From the NCBI GenBank assembly GCA_963664395.2, contig OY761159.2, positions 2,944,001-3,008,000 on the forward strand: a stretch of 64,000 bases of DNA. The letters run 5' to 3'. A model generated the notes under the pieces. That model saw only the letters and a list, made by a program, of their open reading frames with translations, had not been told where the DNA came from and searched no databases. Position 1 is the first letter of the stretch; every line of letters starts with the position of its first letter. Positions 38,009-47,147 of the stretch are shown piece after piece. This DNA is from Candidatus Binatia bacterium (GTDB lineage Bacteria > Desulfobacterota > Binatia > Bin18). The position numbers and the translations under genes are program-made.

Positions 38009-38970
38009 CGTTCCCCTCCTTCCAGCAACTCAACGGGTTTGACCTCTATCTCTATGCAATCGAGTTCATTGTCTGCAAAAAGATCGCATCTATCAATAAA
38101 CGAGCGTTCATTATCCAGGTAGGCTCGCAATGGCTGTTCAGGCAAATGTTCTCCCCGGGAGGGGACCAATCGTGCTTTTTTTACCGCCAACGCAATTCCA
38201 CTGTTGCTAAGCTTGGATATATTTTCCTTCAACATCGCCACGGCTGCCTGCGGCTCGTTTACTGTCGCATAACATTCTGCCAGAGTTTGAATTCCGATAA
38301 GGCAAGCTTGAAATGATTCTTCGACAAGTCTGAACTTCTCTTCTGCCTTTTTAGTTCTATCTTTGGTAAGAATTGGCCAATCATCTCCAAAAACCGGTTT
38401 GGGTTCGGGCATTTCCGCTATTTGCCTTTTTAACGACCTTGCTGTTTTTTCAATGCCTGTGTTTAACGTTTGGATAGCGTTCTCAATCATCCTTGACTGC
38501 CGTTCATTATCTTGTATCAGCATTGCTTGCTTGTACTGACTTACGCCTGAATAAATTTCGGATATTCTATCGTCGTGAAGACCTCCGATTATTCTGTGTA
38601 TCTCCTGCTCTACACGATTCAGCTGTAGGGCTATGCTTATTAGAAGGATTTGAGAGCCTATTGCTGTAGCGCACTTGACAAGAGATGACCCAACGACCCG
38701 TAATTTGGCGTGCTGCACAATCTTCCCATCTTTATAGAACACACCTTTCAGATTGCCGGCGGTATCTCTATAGAGTTTCCCTCTTTCTGGAGAGCAGACA
38801 ATTTTATACACGGCATCTGGATTCAAAGTCCTTACAATCTCAGGAATACCGGACAGACAACGTAATTCACTTAAAACGGTTTCTCTATTCTTCCGAAAAA
38901 TCTTGGTTTGGAAATCCGAGTTTGGTCCAAGGTCAGGTGGGATGGAGGGTATTGTTAGGATTTTTGTCAT
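38005..38970 (-). CDS. Hypothetical helical protein (321 aa)
   Basis: Long ORF in an AT-richer segment; no family recognised. Confidence 0.7.
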   Translation of the reverse strand: MTKILTIPSIPPDLGPNSDFQTKIFRKNRETVLSELRCLSGIPEIVRTLNPDAVYKIVCSPERGKLYRDTAGNLKGVFYKDGKIVQHAKLRVVGSSLVKCATAIGSQILLISIALQLNRVEQEIHRIIGGLHDDRISEIYSGVSQYKQAMLIQDNERQSRMIENAIQTLNTGIEKTARSLKRQIAEMPEPKPVFGDDWPILTKDRTKKAEEKFRLVEESFQACLIGIQTLAECYATVNEPQAAVAMLKENISKLSNSGIALAVKKARLVPSRGEHLPEQPLRAYLDNERSFIDRCDLFADNELDCIEIEVKPVELLEGGER

Positions 38971-39050
38971 TGTCTCTCTGCCTGTTGGTCCGTAATCTGA
39001 ATTGTGCTCTCTCCCAGATATGCCCTAGGTCTATTTTTCACATCCTCGAG

Positions 39051-39698
39051 CTAGGGTTTTCCCTCTCTCCAAATAATTCCCCCGCTTAAAAATCTTTGCT
39101 CTGCGTCTGTCATTTGTTGACTCTCTTTGGCCAGATTCCAGAACATGTGAAATACGTCTCTGTAAAAGCCTCTGGCATCAAGCGTCCATTGCTTCTCTGA
39201 CCCCGAAAGTCCTGGGGGTAACCAATCTGGCCGAGTCAGTGATCTTTCTATCTCTTCAATTTGATCGTTCTGGAGAGGATCTTTCCTGACCTGGATTTGA
39301 TAAGAAGATTTTCCGTGGACTCCAAGCGCGTGAGCAAAAGGGTTACGAAAGAGATCGTACAAGGCTTTGACTCCTTCAGTTCTGCTATCTCCTGGCTCCC
39401 AAGGATAGAAGTTTTTGAGCAGATGTTTGAAAGCCTCGCCTGAGCCGACCCATTTTGTCTTACCCTTGCGATCTCTCCAAGTAGGGTTCGAGGGCATGAA
39501 GATCGTCACTGAAATCCCACTGACAAGGCTGCACAGTCTATCTGTCGCGGCGAAATTACAGCCATGTTCTATGCCAAGCTCTGGAAGCGGAAGCCGCAGC
39601 ATAGCTCGAACATCTCCAAACTGCATGGAGAGATGGTCTCTAACAAAGGTAAAAACATGAGGATAGTTTTGGAGTTCTGGAATATCAGACAGCAGCAT
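39051..39698 (-). CDS. Hypothetical protein with HEPN-like R-x4-H motif
   Basis: LYDLFRNPFAH; GGGAG RBS. Confidence 0.6.
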   Translation of the reverse strand: MLLSDIPELQNYPHVFTFVRDHLSMQFGDVRAMLRLPLPELGIEHGCNFAATDRLCSLVSGISVTIFMPSNPTWRDRKGKTKWVGSGEAFKHLLKNFYPWEPGDSRTEGVKALYDLFRNPFAHALGVHGKSSYQIQVRKDPLQNDQIEEIERSLTRPDWLPPGLSGSEKQWTLDARGFYRDVFHMFWNLAKESQQMTDAEQRFLSGGIIWREGKP

Positions 39699-39771
39699 GC
39701 TGTGGGCTCCCTATTTGCGGATTGGCAACTCTTGAATACGCCTTTGTTCCGCTCCTTGTAGAGCGGCTTCG

Positions 39772-40028
39772 TCAAGCAGCGTACCGAACTCTTCGGTCAA
39801 ACGACTTGGGCAGGGCTTGGGCTGATTGACGTGGCATCTCAATCACGACGAAGTATTCCGCCGGGTATAGATAATCCTCTCCACTCTCATCAATAATTCG
39901 GATGTCGCCGTCCATAGCGGCATCTTCATCGGGCAGGATTCGGTAGGGTTTGTGGAGTTCGAGCGAGGCCAGATGGAGTTGTCTGCGCAGATAACAAACC
40001 GTGAACTCAAGGGTTGACGGGTTTTCAT
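39772..40028 (-). pseudogene. Frameshifted conserved small hypothetical protein
   Basis: MKTRQPLSSRFVICADNS, then a frame change near 39970 to SLELHKPYRILPDEDAAMDGDIRIIDESGEDYLYPAEYF, a family motif I recognise. Confidence 0.6.
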
Positions 40029-40071
40029 TGCGAAAGCCCGCCTTACCCGGATTGCCAACTGTTTCGGCGAC

Positions 40072-40395
40072 CTAGCTTTCGAGGGCGGCGCGCACGATGG
40101 GCTCAAGCTCGCCGCGGCTGTGCATTTCCTGGATGATGTCGCAGCCACCAACGAGCTCGCCATTCACATAGACCTGCGGAATAGTCGGCCAGTTTGAATA
40201 GCGCTTAATGCCGTCCCGCACCGCAGGGTCCTGCAACACATCGACGGTCTCGTACGGCACGCCCAGAGAATCGAAAATTTGGATGGTTGCGGCTGAGAAA
40301 CCACACATCGGGAAAGTCCGATTACCTTTCATATAGATGAGGACCTTATTGTTTTTTACCGTCTCATCAATGTGAGCGTGAACAGCATCTGCCAT
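40072..40395 (-). CDS. grxD: Monothiol glutaredoxin Grx4
   Basis: MKG...PMCGFS, WPTIPQVYV, GGCD. Confidence 0.95.
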   Translation of the reverse strand: MADAVHAHIDETVKNNKVLIYMKGNRTFPMCGFSAATIQIFDSLGVPYETVDVLQDPAVRDGIKRYSNWPTIPQVYVNGELVGGCDIIQEMHSRGELEPIVRAALES

Positions 40396-40448
40396 GTTTT
40401 CCTCCTCGTCACTGTTGTGACTTGTGTGAATGGTTGCGCGTCTTTTCG

Positions 40449-40754
40449 TTATGACTTGCTCGTTTCGATATTGACCAATCCCGAATTCTGCGCCTCAGCC
40501 TCGAATTCTTGGGGTGTCATTGTCTTGAGTGTCAAGGCATGAATGCGTTCGACCATGGCATCCTGGAGAGCACCGTACACTAATCGATGCCGGGCGACGG
40601 CATTCTTTCCGGCGAACTCTGCGGAAATAACAACGGCTTCGTAGTGATCGCCGCCACCGGTGTAATCGCGGATATGCACCTGCGCATCGGGTAGCGCCTC
40701 TATGATGCGGGACTGAATTTCGTCTACGGCAATGGGAGCCACGCCTTCTGGCAT
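40449..40754 (-). CDS. bolA: BolA/IbaG family protein
   Basis: GGDHY, F-x-G...RHRLVY, IHAL; adjacent to grxD. Confidence 0.92.
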   Translation of the reverse strand: MPEGVAPIAVDEIQSRIIEALPDAQVHIRDYTGGGDHYEAVVISAEFAGKNAVARHRLVYGALQDAMVERIHALTLKTMTPQEFEAEAQNSGLVNIETSKS

Positions 40755-40882
40755 TGTTGTAAACCTCCGGGTTTCATTCGGGTTTCATTCGAGCGGTTGC
40801 ACACGGTTGTGTGTAACGGGCGTTGACACATGCTATCTGAGCGCCTGGCTGTCTTGCAAGACCGCTTTTTGAGAGTCCTGAT

Positions 40883-40911
40883 AAAAAAGGGCACCGCTTG
40901 CTGGGTGCCCT
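40883..40911 (-). terminator. Intrinsic terminator
   Basis: AGGGCACC stem followed by T6 on the minus strand. Confidence 0.75.
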
Positions 40912-40983
40912 CCGGTGCTAGTGCAATACTGCACTAGCGTTTGTCTACCCTCTGGGATTGCTGGAGGGCAGTTGAAAACGAGG

Positions 40984-41100
40984 CTATTTTTTCTGCATCT
41001 CAGCGCCGCAGCACTTAATTGGGCCGTCTCCACCTTTGGTCACGATGACCTGAGCGCCGCAGCTTCCGCACAGATACATTTTGCCGAGTTGATTTGCCAT
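40984..41100 (-). CDS. 38-aa desulforedoxin-like CxxC...CC protein (not in ORF track)
   Basis: MANQLGKMYLCGSCGAQVIVTKGGDGPIKCCGAEMQKK; AGGAGGT RBS. Confidence 0.85.
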   Translation of the reverse strand: MANQLGKMYLCGSCGAQVIVTKGGDGPIKCCGAEMQKK

Positions 41101-41124
41101 ACTACTATACCTCCTGTTTTTCTC

Positions 41125-41886
41125 TTAGCGTCCGGTAAATCGAGGTTTCCGCTTGGCTAAGAAAGATGCTACACCCTCGGCCCGATCTTGGGTCGTCTGG
41201 AGAAGAGCATAGAGATCTTCTTCCAACCGAACTCCCTGATCCAGCGTCAGATCCATTGCCTTATGTACCGCTTCTTTACCCAGTCGTAAAGCGATGGGGC
41301 CTTTGCCTAACAGACCGGATAGGACCTCGTCAACACGGGTCGAAAAGTCGCTTGCAGCCAGCACTTCAGTGACGAGTCCGATACGATACGCTTCAGGCGC
41401 GCCAACCTGTCTGCCCGTGAGGATCATTTCCAGGGCCTTTGCCTGCCCGACCACGCGCGGCAGGCGTTGCGTCCCCCCACCAAAAGGAATCATCTGCTCG
41501 CTAATCTGGGGGAGGCTGAAGCGAGCCGTCGAAACGGCAAGGCGGAGGTCGCAGGCTAAGGCCAGCTCCAGCCCGAGTCCGAACGCACTGCCATTGAGGA
41601 CCGCGAGCGTCGGTTTTGTTATTGCCGCGAGCGCTTTGACGCACTGGATGGGGCCGAATTGCTCACGAATTTTCTGCGCCGTATCGGCTGCTTGTGTCAG
41701 GCCCTCACAAAAACTATGCTCCGAGCCAGTGAGGACACCAATCTCGACAGCCTCGTCCTCCTCAACTGCCTGGCAGGCGGCTGCCAGTTCCTGGTCCGTC
41801 AGGGGAGTGAGCCGGTTGCCTTGGTCTGGACAAGACAATCGCAGCCAAGCCACTCTCCCTTGAATCTCGTACACAAGATCAGACAC
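41125..41886 (-). CDS. Enoyl-CoA hydratase/isomerase family
   Basis: GLGLELALACDLR, GGTQRLPRVVG, EGVASFLAKRKPRF. Confidence 0.9.
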   Translation of the reverse strand: MSDLVYEIQGRVAWLRLSCPDQGNRLTPLTDQELAAACQAVEEDEAVEIGVLTGSEHSFCEGLTQAADTAQKIREQFGPIQCVKALAAITKPTLAVLNGSAFGLGLELALACDLRLAVSTARFSLPQISEQMIPFGGGTQRLPRVVGQAKALEMILTGRQVGAPEAYRIGLVTEVLAASDFSTRVDEVLSGLLGKGPIALRLGKEAVHKAMDLTLDQGVRLEEDLYALLQTTQDRAEGVASFLAKRKPRFTGR

Positions 41887-41929
41887 AACGTACCCTTAAA
41901 AAGGAGCGTCCATTCGGACGCCCTGCTCA

Positions 41930-43481
41930 CTATTCGTACTGCGCTTTGAGTTCTTTCTTGAGGACTTTGCCCAAAGGATTCTTGGGAAGCTCGTCAATAA
42001 AATTAATCTCCCCTGGTTTTTTGAAGCTGGCCAGCCGTTCCTTACAGAAATCGCTAACTTCGTCCGCAGTGGCCGTCTGATCTGGCTTGAGGGCGACAAA
42101 GGCAACGATCTTTTGTCCCCAATCGACGTCAGGAACCCCGATAATTGCCGCCTCATCAACTGCCGGATGGGCGTGCAGGACCGCTTCGATTTCAGCTGGG
42201 GCGATGTTCTCACCGCCACGAATAATGATGTCGTCCTTGCGCCCGACCAGATAGACATAGCCGTCTTCGTCGATATAGCCCATGTCGCGGGTATGCAGCC
42301 AGCCGTTTTCGTCCAACAGGGCGGCGGTCGCACTTTCCTGATTGGCGTAGCCCTTCATCACGCGCGGAGTATGAATAACGACTTCACCGATCTCGTTGGC
42401 CGGCAGCTCTTTGTTCTCGTCATCAAGCACTTGGACTTCCACATCCGGCAGCGGTTTGCCGACCGAGGTCAAACGCTTGAGATTGCGCTCGACTTCTTCC
42501 GGCGTGCCGTTCAGCTTATGGTCATCCGGTCCAAGGACGGTCAGGGTCGAGTTGGTTTCGGTCTGGCCAAAGGCATTCACGAAACCGGTCGAATCCGGAA
42601 ACATATCAATAGCTTTGCGAATGACGGGGAAGGCCATGGGCGAGCCGCCATAGGAGACGTTCTGTAAACTCGACAAGTCATAGTTCGAGAACTCGGGATG
42701 ATCGATGAGTTGTTTGAGCATCGTGGGAACAACAAAAGCATGTGTGACCTGCTCGCTCTGGACTGCCTCCAGCCACTCTTCGGTATCGAACTGACGCAGG
42801 ATGGCGATCTTCCGGCCGTTCCAGAGCGCGGTCATAATGTTCATCGTGCCGGCAATGTGGTAGAGCGGAGCGCACAGGAGTGAAGTGCCGCGCGGAGTGC
42901 CGTCCGCCATTTCAACCGTGCCGATGACATAATTGGTAAATCCGCCATAGGTCAGCATCACGCCCTTGGGCAAAGATCGTCCCGCTGGTATACATCAGGA
43001 TGGACAGGTCGTCCTCATCCACTTCGACCTCTTCGATGTCGGGCGAACCCTGCTCAATCAAGTCGTCGTAGTGCAGCATATCGTCACGCCGCGTTTCGAG
43101 CGCGACATATGTCTCAACACAGCCAAGATTGGGCTTGAGGCTATTGACCAAGTCAATATAGCGAGCGCCCACAAGCAGAATCTTGGTCTCTGCCGCGGTA
43201 ATCATATATTCCAATTCAGGGGGCTTGGCCCGATAGTTCAGCGGCACAAATGTCGCGCCCAGAGTCGCCGTGGCATAATAGGCTTCGATGTATTGGGTGC
43301 AGTTTGTCTGCAAGATCGCCACGCGGTCACCCGGTTGAATACCTTGGTCACGCAAACCGCTTGCCAGCCGTTTGACCCGGTCCACGAGCGCTCCATAGGT
43401 CAACCGAGTGCCTTCAAAGGCCAGGATTTCCTGGTCCGGAAACATCATACCTGGAATGCCGATGAACTGTGACGTATTCAT
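41930..43481 (-). pseudogene. Acyl-CoA ligase (AMP-forming), frameshifted near 42977
   Basis: Two ORFs join at TAT ACC AGC GGG ACG A TCT TTG CCC AAG (YTSGT-x-SLPKG). FGQTE, GRKDDIIIRGGENI and LPKNPLGK motifs present. Confidence 0.85.
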
Positions 43482-44197
43482 TGTTGCTCCTTCACCAGTG
43501 CAAATAGATTTTGTTCCAGTCGTAAGCCATCGGATAAATTCAGGTCCGCTCCTTGTCGGACGGCCCGTTTTGCCAGGGCTACGACTGTCGGATGATAACG
43601 GGACAGTGTGTATGCCAGAGATTTAGCCTCCGTCAAGAGGGTCGCCAGGGGAACCACCTGATTTACCAGGCCAATTTGGAGGGCTTGGTCTGCCTTCAGC
43701 CGCTTTCCGGTGAGGACCATATCGAGGGCGCGGCCTAACCGAATTGCACGGGGCGCGGTCTGCGTCCCGGCGACCCCAGGGATCATACCGAGGCTCGTTT
43801 CCGGTAAAAAGAAGACCGTATCGTCTGCGGCAACGCACAAGTCGCACAGCAGCGCCATTTCCATCCCACCACCGACGGTATAGCCATGGACCGCCGCAAT
43901 GGTGGGTTGGGGCAAGTGCAACAGCAGCCCCCAATTGTCCCGTTGCCAACGGACTTCACGCGCCCGCACCGGAGAGGGCGCGGACCCGAACTCTGAAACG
44001 TCTCCGCCGGTACAAAAGGCCGGGCCTTCGCCACGCAGGATCATGACTCGGACCTCGGGATCATCCCGCACGGCCTGGAGAATTTCGTACAAATCGTCCC
44101 GCATCTCCACGTTATAGGCGTTGAGCATGGCCGGCCGGTTGAGGCTGACAACGGCGATGCCGTCGTCTTTTTCGTACAGGACTGCGGGGGAAGACAT
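43478..44197 (-). CDS. Enoyl-CoA hydratase/isomerase family
   Basis: AFCTGGD, GGGMEMALLCD, LPETSLGMIPG. Confidence 0.92.
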   Translation of the reverse strand: MSSPAVLYEKDDGIAVVSLNRPAMLNAYNVEMRDDLYEILQAVRDDPEVRVMILRGEGPAFCTGGDVSEFGSAPSPVRAREVRWQRDNWGLLLHLPQPTIAAVHGYTVGGGMEMALLCDLCVAADDTVFFLPETSLGMIPGVAGTQTAPRAIRLGRALDMVLTGKRLKADQALQIGLVNQVVPLATLLTEAKSLAYTLSRYHPTVVALAKRAVRQGADLNLSDGLRLEQNLFALVKEQQ

Positions 44198-44206
44198 ACA
44201 CGCTCT

Positions 44207-45766
44207 TTATGCCGAATAGACAATCTGTCCGTCAATGATTGTTGTGTGGACGCTTGCACTGCTTATTGCCTCAGCAGGGAGCCTCGTCAAGTCACTATCC
44301 AAATCGCTGTCAAGGATATTCACATCCGCACGCATTCCAGGGGCGATTCTGCCGACCCGGTTTTCCTCAAATCCAATCCAGGCTCCGGCGTGTGTGAAAA
44401 GACCAATCGCCTCAGACAGGGAGAGTCGTTCGGCAGGATTGAGGACAATTCCGGTTTGGGATTGGCGTGTTATGGCAGCTTGGACCGCTACCAGTGGTGC
44501 CTGCGGGGCGATTGGACAATCTGAGCTGCCGACAATTGGAATGTTTCGATCCCGGAAACTTTTTGCCCGGTACAACCAGGCGTGCAAATCCGGATCAATC
44601 TCTGCGGCATATTTGTCGCCATAGAAATGAAGAAAGCCGGGCTGCATCACCACCGCACAGCCCGTCTCGGCCAAGGTGTCGAGCAACGGCGGGGGGCAGA
44701 GCGTACAGTGTTCAATCCGATGACGATGATCGCGGCGAGGCAGCCGTTCTTGGGCTTGCCGAATCGCGTCGAGGGCCGCGCACACGGGGGCTTCTTCAAC
44801 CGCATGGATGGCGACCTGAAAACCATGGTGATGAACCTGCCATACCATTTCAGCCAGATCATCCAGGGGTGGATACAACTCGCCCCCACTTTCGTGCAGC
44901 ATGATTTTGATACTGCCAAGCCGGACGCGGTCATACGGACCGAAAGGTTGGAGTTCGGCCTCCAGGACTTCTGGGAAGGCATCAATCCCGACCATGACGG
45001 TTGCATGGGGACGTACTGTCCCGTTCGCGCGTAAGGTGGAGAATCGCGCTATATCCTCAAGTGTATTACCTGCACTCGCATCATGAAACGAACAAATCCC
45101 ATGTCTGAGCAATGCGTGGTTGACCTGTCGTAATCCCGCCTGAAACTCCTGCGACGGGAGCGGAGGAATTGTAGTCCGAAGAAATGACTCCAATTCGTAG
45201 ACGAGGCCCGTTGGTTCTCCGCTTGCGTCGCGCTCGACGTGTCCGCCCCTTGGAGGGGTAAAATTTGCATGTATGCCGGCTCGCCGGAGCGCCGCGCTAT
45301 TCAGAACGGCAGCATGGCCGGTCCGATGGCGCAGGATCACCGGTCGGTCGGTCGCTATGGCATCGAGGTCGTGTCGGTTCGGATGGCGTTTCTCGTCGAG
45401 AAAGAACTCGTCATAGCCATAGCCGCGCAGCCAGTCTTGCGAGCCGAGAGTAGTCAGACGCGCCTGGAGTTGAGAGCGGATTTCAGCAATCGACCGGGCT
45501 GCACTCAGGTCTGCGCCGCAGTAGCGGCTTGCCCAGGCAAAGAGGTGCAGGTGGGGGTCGATGAAGCCGGGCAGAACCGTTCTCCCGGCGCACGCTAAGG
45601 TCTGTGTTTTCGGCGAGACAAAGGAGCGCAGTTCCTCCTCGGTGCCGACCGCGAGGATTCTTCCTGCCGCGATAGCGACCGCTTGTGCTTCAGTCCGGTT
45701 CGGGTCGAAGGTGAGGACATGTCCACCGTAGAGTAGCAGGTCAGCAGTGTGGGGTGCGGAAGACAT
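44207..45766 (-). CDS. Amidohydrolase 3 (YtcJ-like)
   Basis: PGFIDPHLH, GH...NSAAL, QVAIHA, HRIEHC, SSDCP, G-x-I-x-x-G-x-x-AD. Confidence 0.92.
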   Translation of the reverse strand: MSSAPHTADLLLYGGHVLTFDPNRTEAQAVAIAAGRILAVGTEEELRSFVSPKTQTLACAGRTVLPGFIDPHLHLFAWASRYCGADLSAARSIAEIRSQLQARLTTLGSQDWLRGYGYDEFFLDEKRHPNRHDLDAIATDRPVILRHRTGHAAVLNSAALRRAGIHANFTPPRGGHVERDASGEPTGLVYELESFLRTTIPPLPSQEFQAGLRQVNHALLRHGICSFHDASAGNTLEDIARFSTLRANGTVRPHATVMVGIDAFPEVLEAELQPFGPYDRVRLGSIKIMLHESGGELYPPLDDLAEMVWQVHHHGFQVAIHAVEEAPVCAALDAIRQAQERLPRRDHRHRIEHCTLCPPPLLDTLAETGCAVVMQPGFLHFYGDKYAAEIDPDLHAWLYRAKSFRDRNIPIVGSSDCPIAPQAPLVAVQAAITRQSQTGIVLNPAERLSLSEAIGLFTHAGAWIGFEENRVGRIAPGMRADVNILDSDLDSDLTRLPAEAISSASVHTTIIDGQIVYSA

Positions 45767-45840
45767 AGCCCCCAGAAAAGGAAAGAGCGAGGTTTCCCTC
45801 GCTCCTCACTGTTAGGCGTACAGTTTGCAACAGACCGGTA

Positions 45841-45981
45841 TCAGTCAGACGACGGAAGCGGCTTGGCTTCCTTGAGCGGCATTTCTTTATCGCAGCAGTT
45901 GAGCGCGCCGTCGCCCGGCTTGTTGCACAGTACCTCAGTCCCGCACTCTTCGCACATATAGCGTTTACCCAGTTGTGCCAT
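45841..45981 (-). CDS. 46-aa desulforedoxin-like CxxC...CC protein with KPLPSSD tail (not in ORF track)
   Basis: MAQLGKRYMCEECGTEVLCNKPGDGALNCCDKEMPLKEAKPLPSSD; AGGAGG RBS. Confidence 0.87.
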   Translation of the reverse strand: MAQLGKRYMCEECGTEVLCNKPGDGALNCCDKEMPLKEAKPLPSSD

Positions 45982-46019
45982 TGATTCCTCCTGTCGTGAT
46001 ATGTCTCTACAAGTAATAT

Positions 46020-47093
46020 CTACTGTAGAAACGGTAACTTGGTCACCTCGGCTATCATGTCCGCGTCCGGCCTGTCAATCCGCAGCCGGGTGCCCGGCTC
46101 GCCATGTTCACGCCGGACATAGCCCAGGGCAATCGGTCGGCCCAGCGTTGGGGAGGTTGCGACGCTGGTCAGCCAGCCGACTTCCTTGTCGTCCTTCACT
46201 AGTCGGTCGCCTCGTGTCGGCAAGGCAGCCTGCGCCTCATTTTGCAGCAGAAACCCACTGAGCTGACGATTCATACGCCCGCGCGCAGAGGCCCGCTCGA
46301 CGACTTCCTGGCCCAGATAACAGCCTTTATCAAAATTAATGGCTCGGTCGAGGCCGACCTCCAGCACGATTCTTTCTTCGTCCATATCGAGGCCATACCA
46401 CGGAATGCCGGCCTCAACCCGAAGTATATTCAGCGCGGTATGACCGACGGGAAGCAGCCCGTCGAGTTGAGCGAGGGCCTGCCAGACGACGGATACCCGG
46501 TCGCCGGGAACGTGAAACTCATAGCCACCCTTACCGGTCTGGTCAGAGCGAACCACACGGACCCGAACATCTGCAAGCGTTTCGTCCCGATGCTGTAACT
46601 CCTGCTCCGGCAAGGAAGAGAGACCGGCTGCCGCCAGGACTTCTGCCGCGGCCGGGCCTTGGACCGCAAGGGTCACCTGATGGGTGCTCAGGTCTTCAAT
46701 TTCCACATCATCGGCAATGATAAAACGGTCGAGGGCTTCAATCGTCTTTTCCTTGATACGGGCATCAAGGTCGAGAAGGATTGCCGACTCTTCGGCATAG
46801 ACGCGCAAATCCGCCACAATCCTTCCCTGCTCCGTCAGCAGCGTTGCCGGACAGCCCTCGCCGGGCCGCAGGGCTTTGACATCGTTGGACAGCATGCCCT
46901 GCAGAAAATCGGTGCGATCTTCTCCCGTGAATTTCACCTGGGTGCGAAAGGACAGGTCAATCAGTCCCGCCTTTTCGCAGACGGCTGCGTAGTCGTCCTG
47001 CGGGTTGGTGAAGGCGTTCGGGAGTTCAAGGCCGCGATCGTCGGTGAGCGGTACGCCCTGGCTTTCAAGCCAGGCAGAGAGAGAGCTTTTCAT
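46020..47093 (-). CDS. ygfZ: GcvT/YgfZ-like folate-binding protein
   Basis: KGCYLGQE signature, LRVEAGIP. Confidence 0.85.
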   Translation of the reverse strand: MKSSLSAWLESQGVPLTDDRGLELPNAFTNPQDDYAAVCEKAGLIDLSFRTQVKFTGEDRTDFLQGMLSNDVKALRPGEGCPATLLTEQGRIVADLRVYAEESAILLDLDARIKEKTIEALDRFIIADDVEIEDLSTHQVTLAVQGPAAAEVLAAAGLSSLPEQELQHRDETLADVRVRVVRSDQTGKGGYEFHVPGDRVSVVWQALAQLDGLLPVGHTALNILRVEAGIPWYGLDMDEERIVLEVGLDRAINFDKGCYLGQEVVERASARGRMNRQLSGFLLQNEAQAALPTRGDRLVKDDKEVGWLTSVATSPTLGRPIALGYVRREHGEPGTRLRIDRPDADMIAEVTKLPFLQ

Positions 47094-47147
47094 AATAAGT
47101 AGGCTATAGCAAAGAGGGACTTGCGAGGAAAGGTTGGAAACGACCTC

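Noticed and set aside
40984-41100. Ribosomal protein or RiPP precursor interpretation of the small Cys-rich ORFs
   Set aside because: Not basic enough for a ribosomal protein, no RiPP maturase nearby, and Cys spacing fits desulforedoxin.
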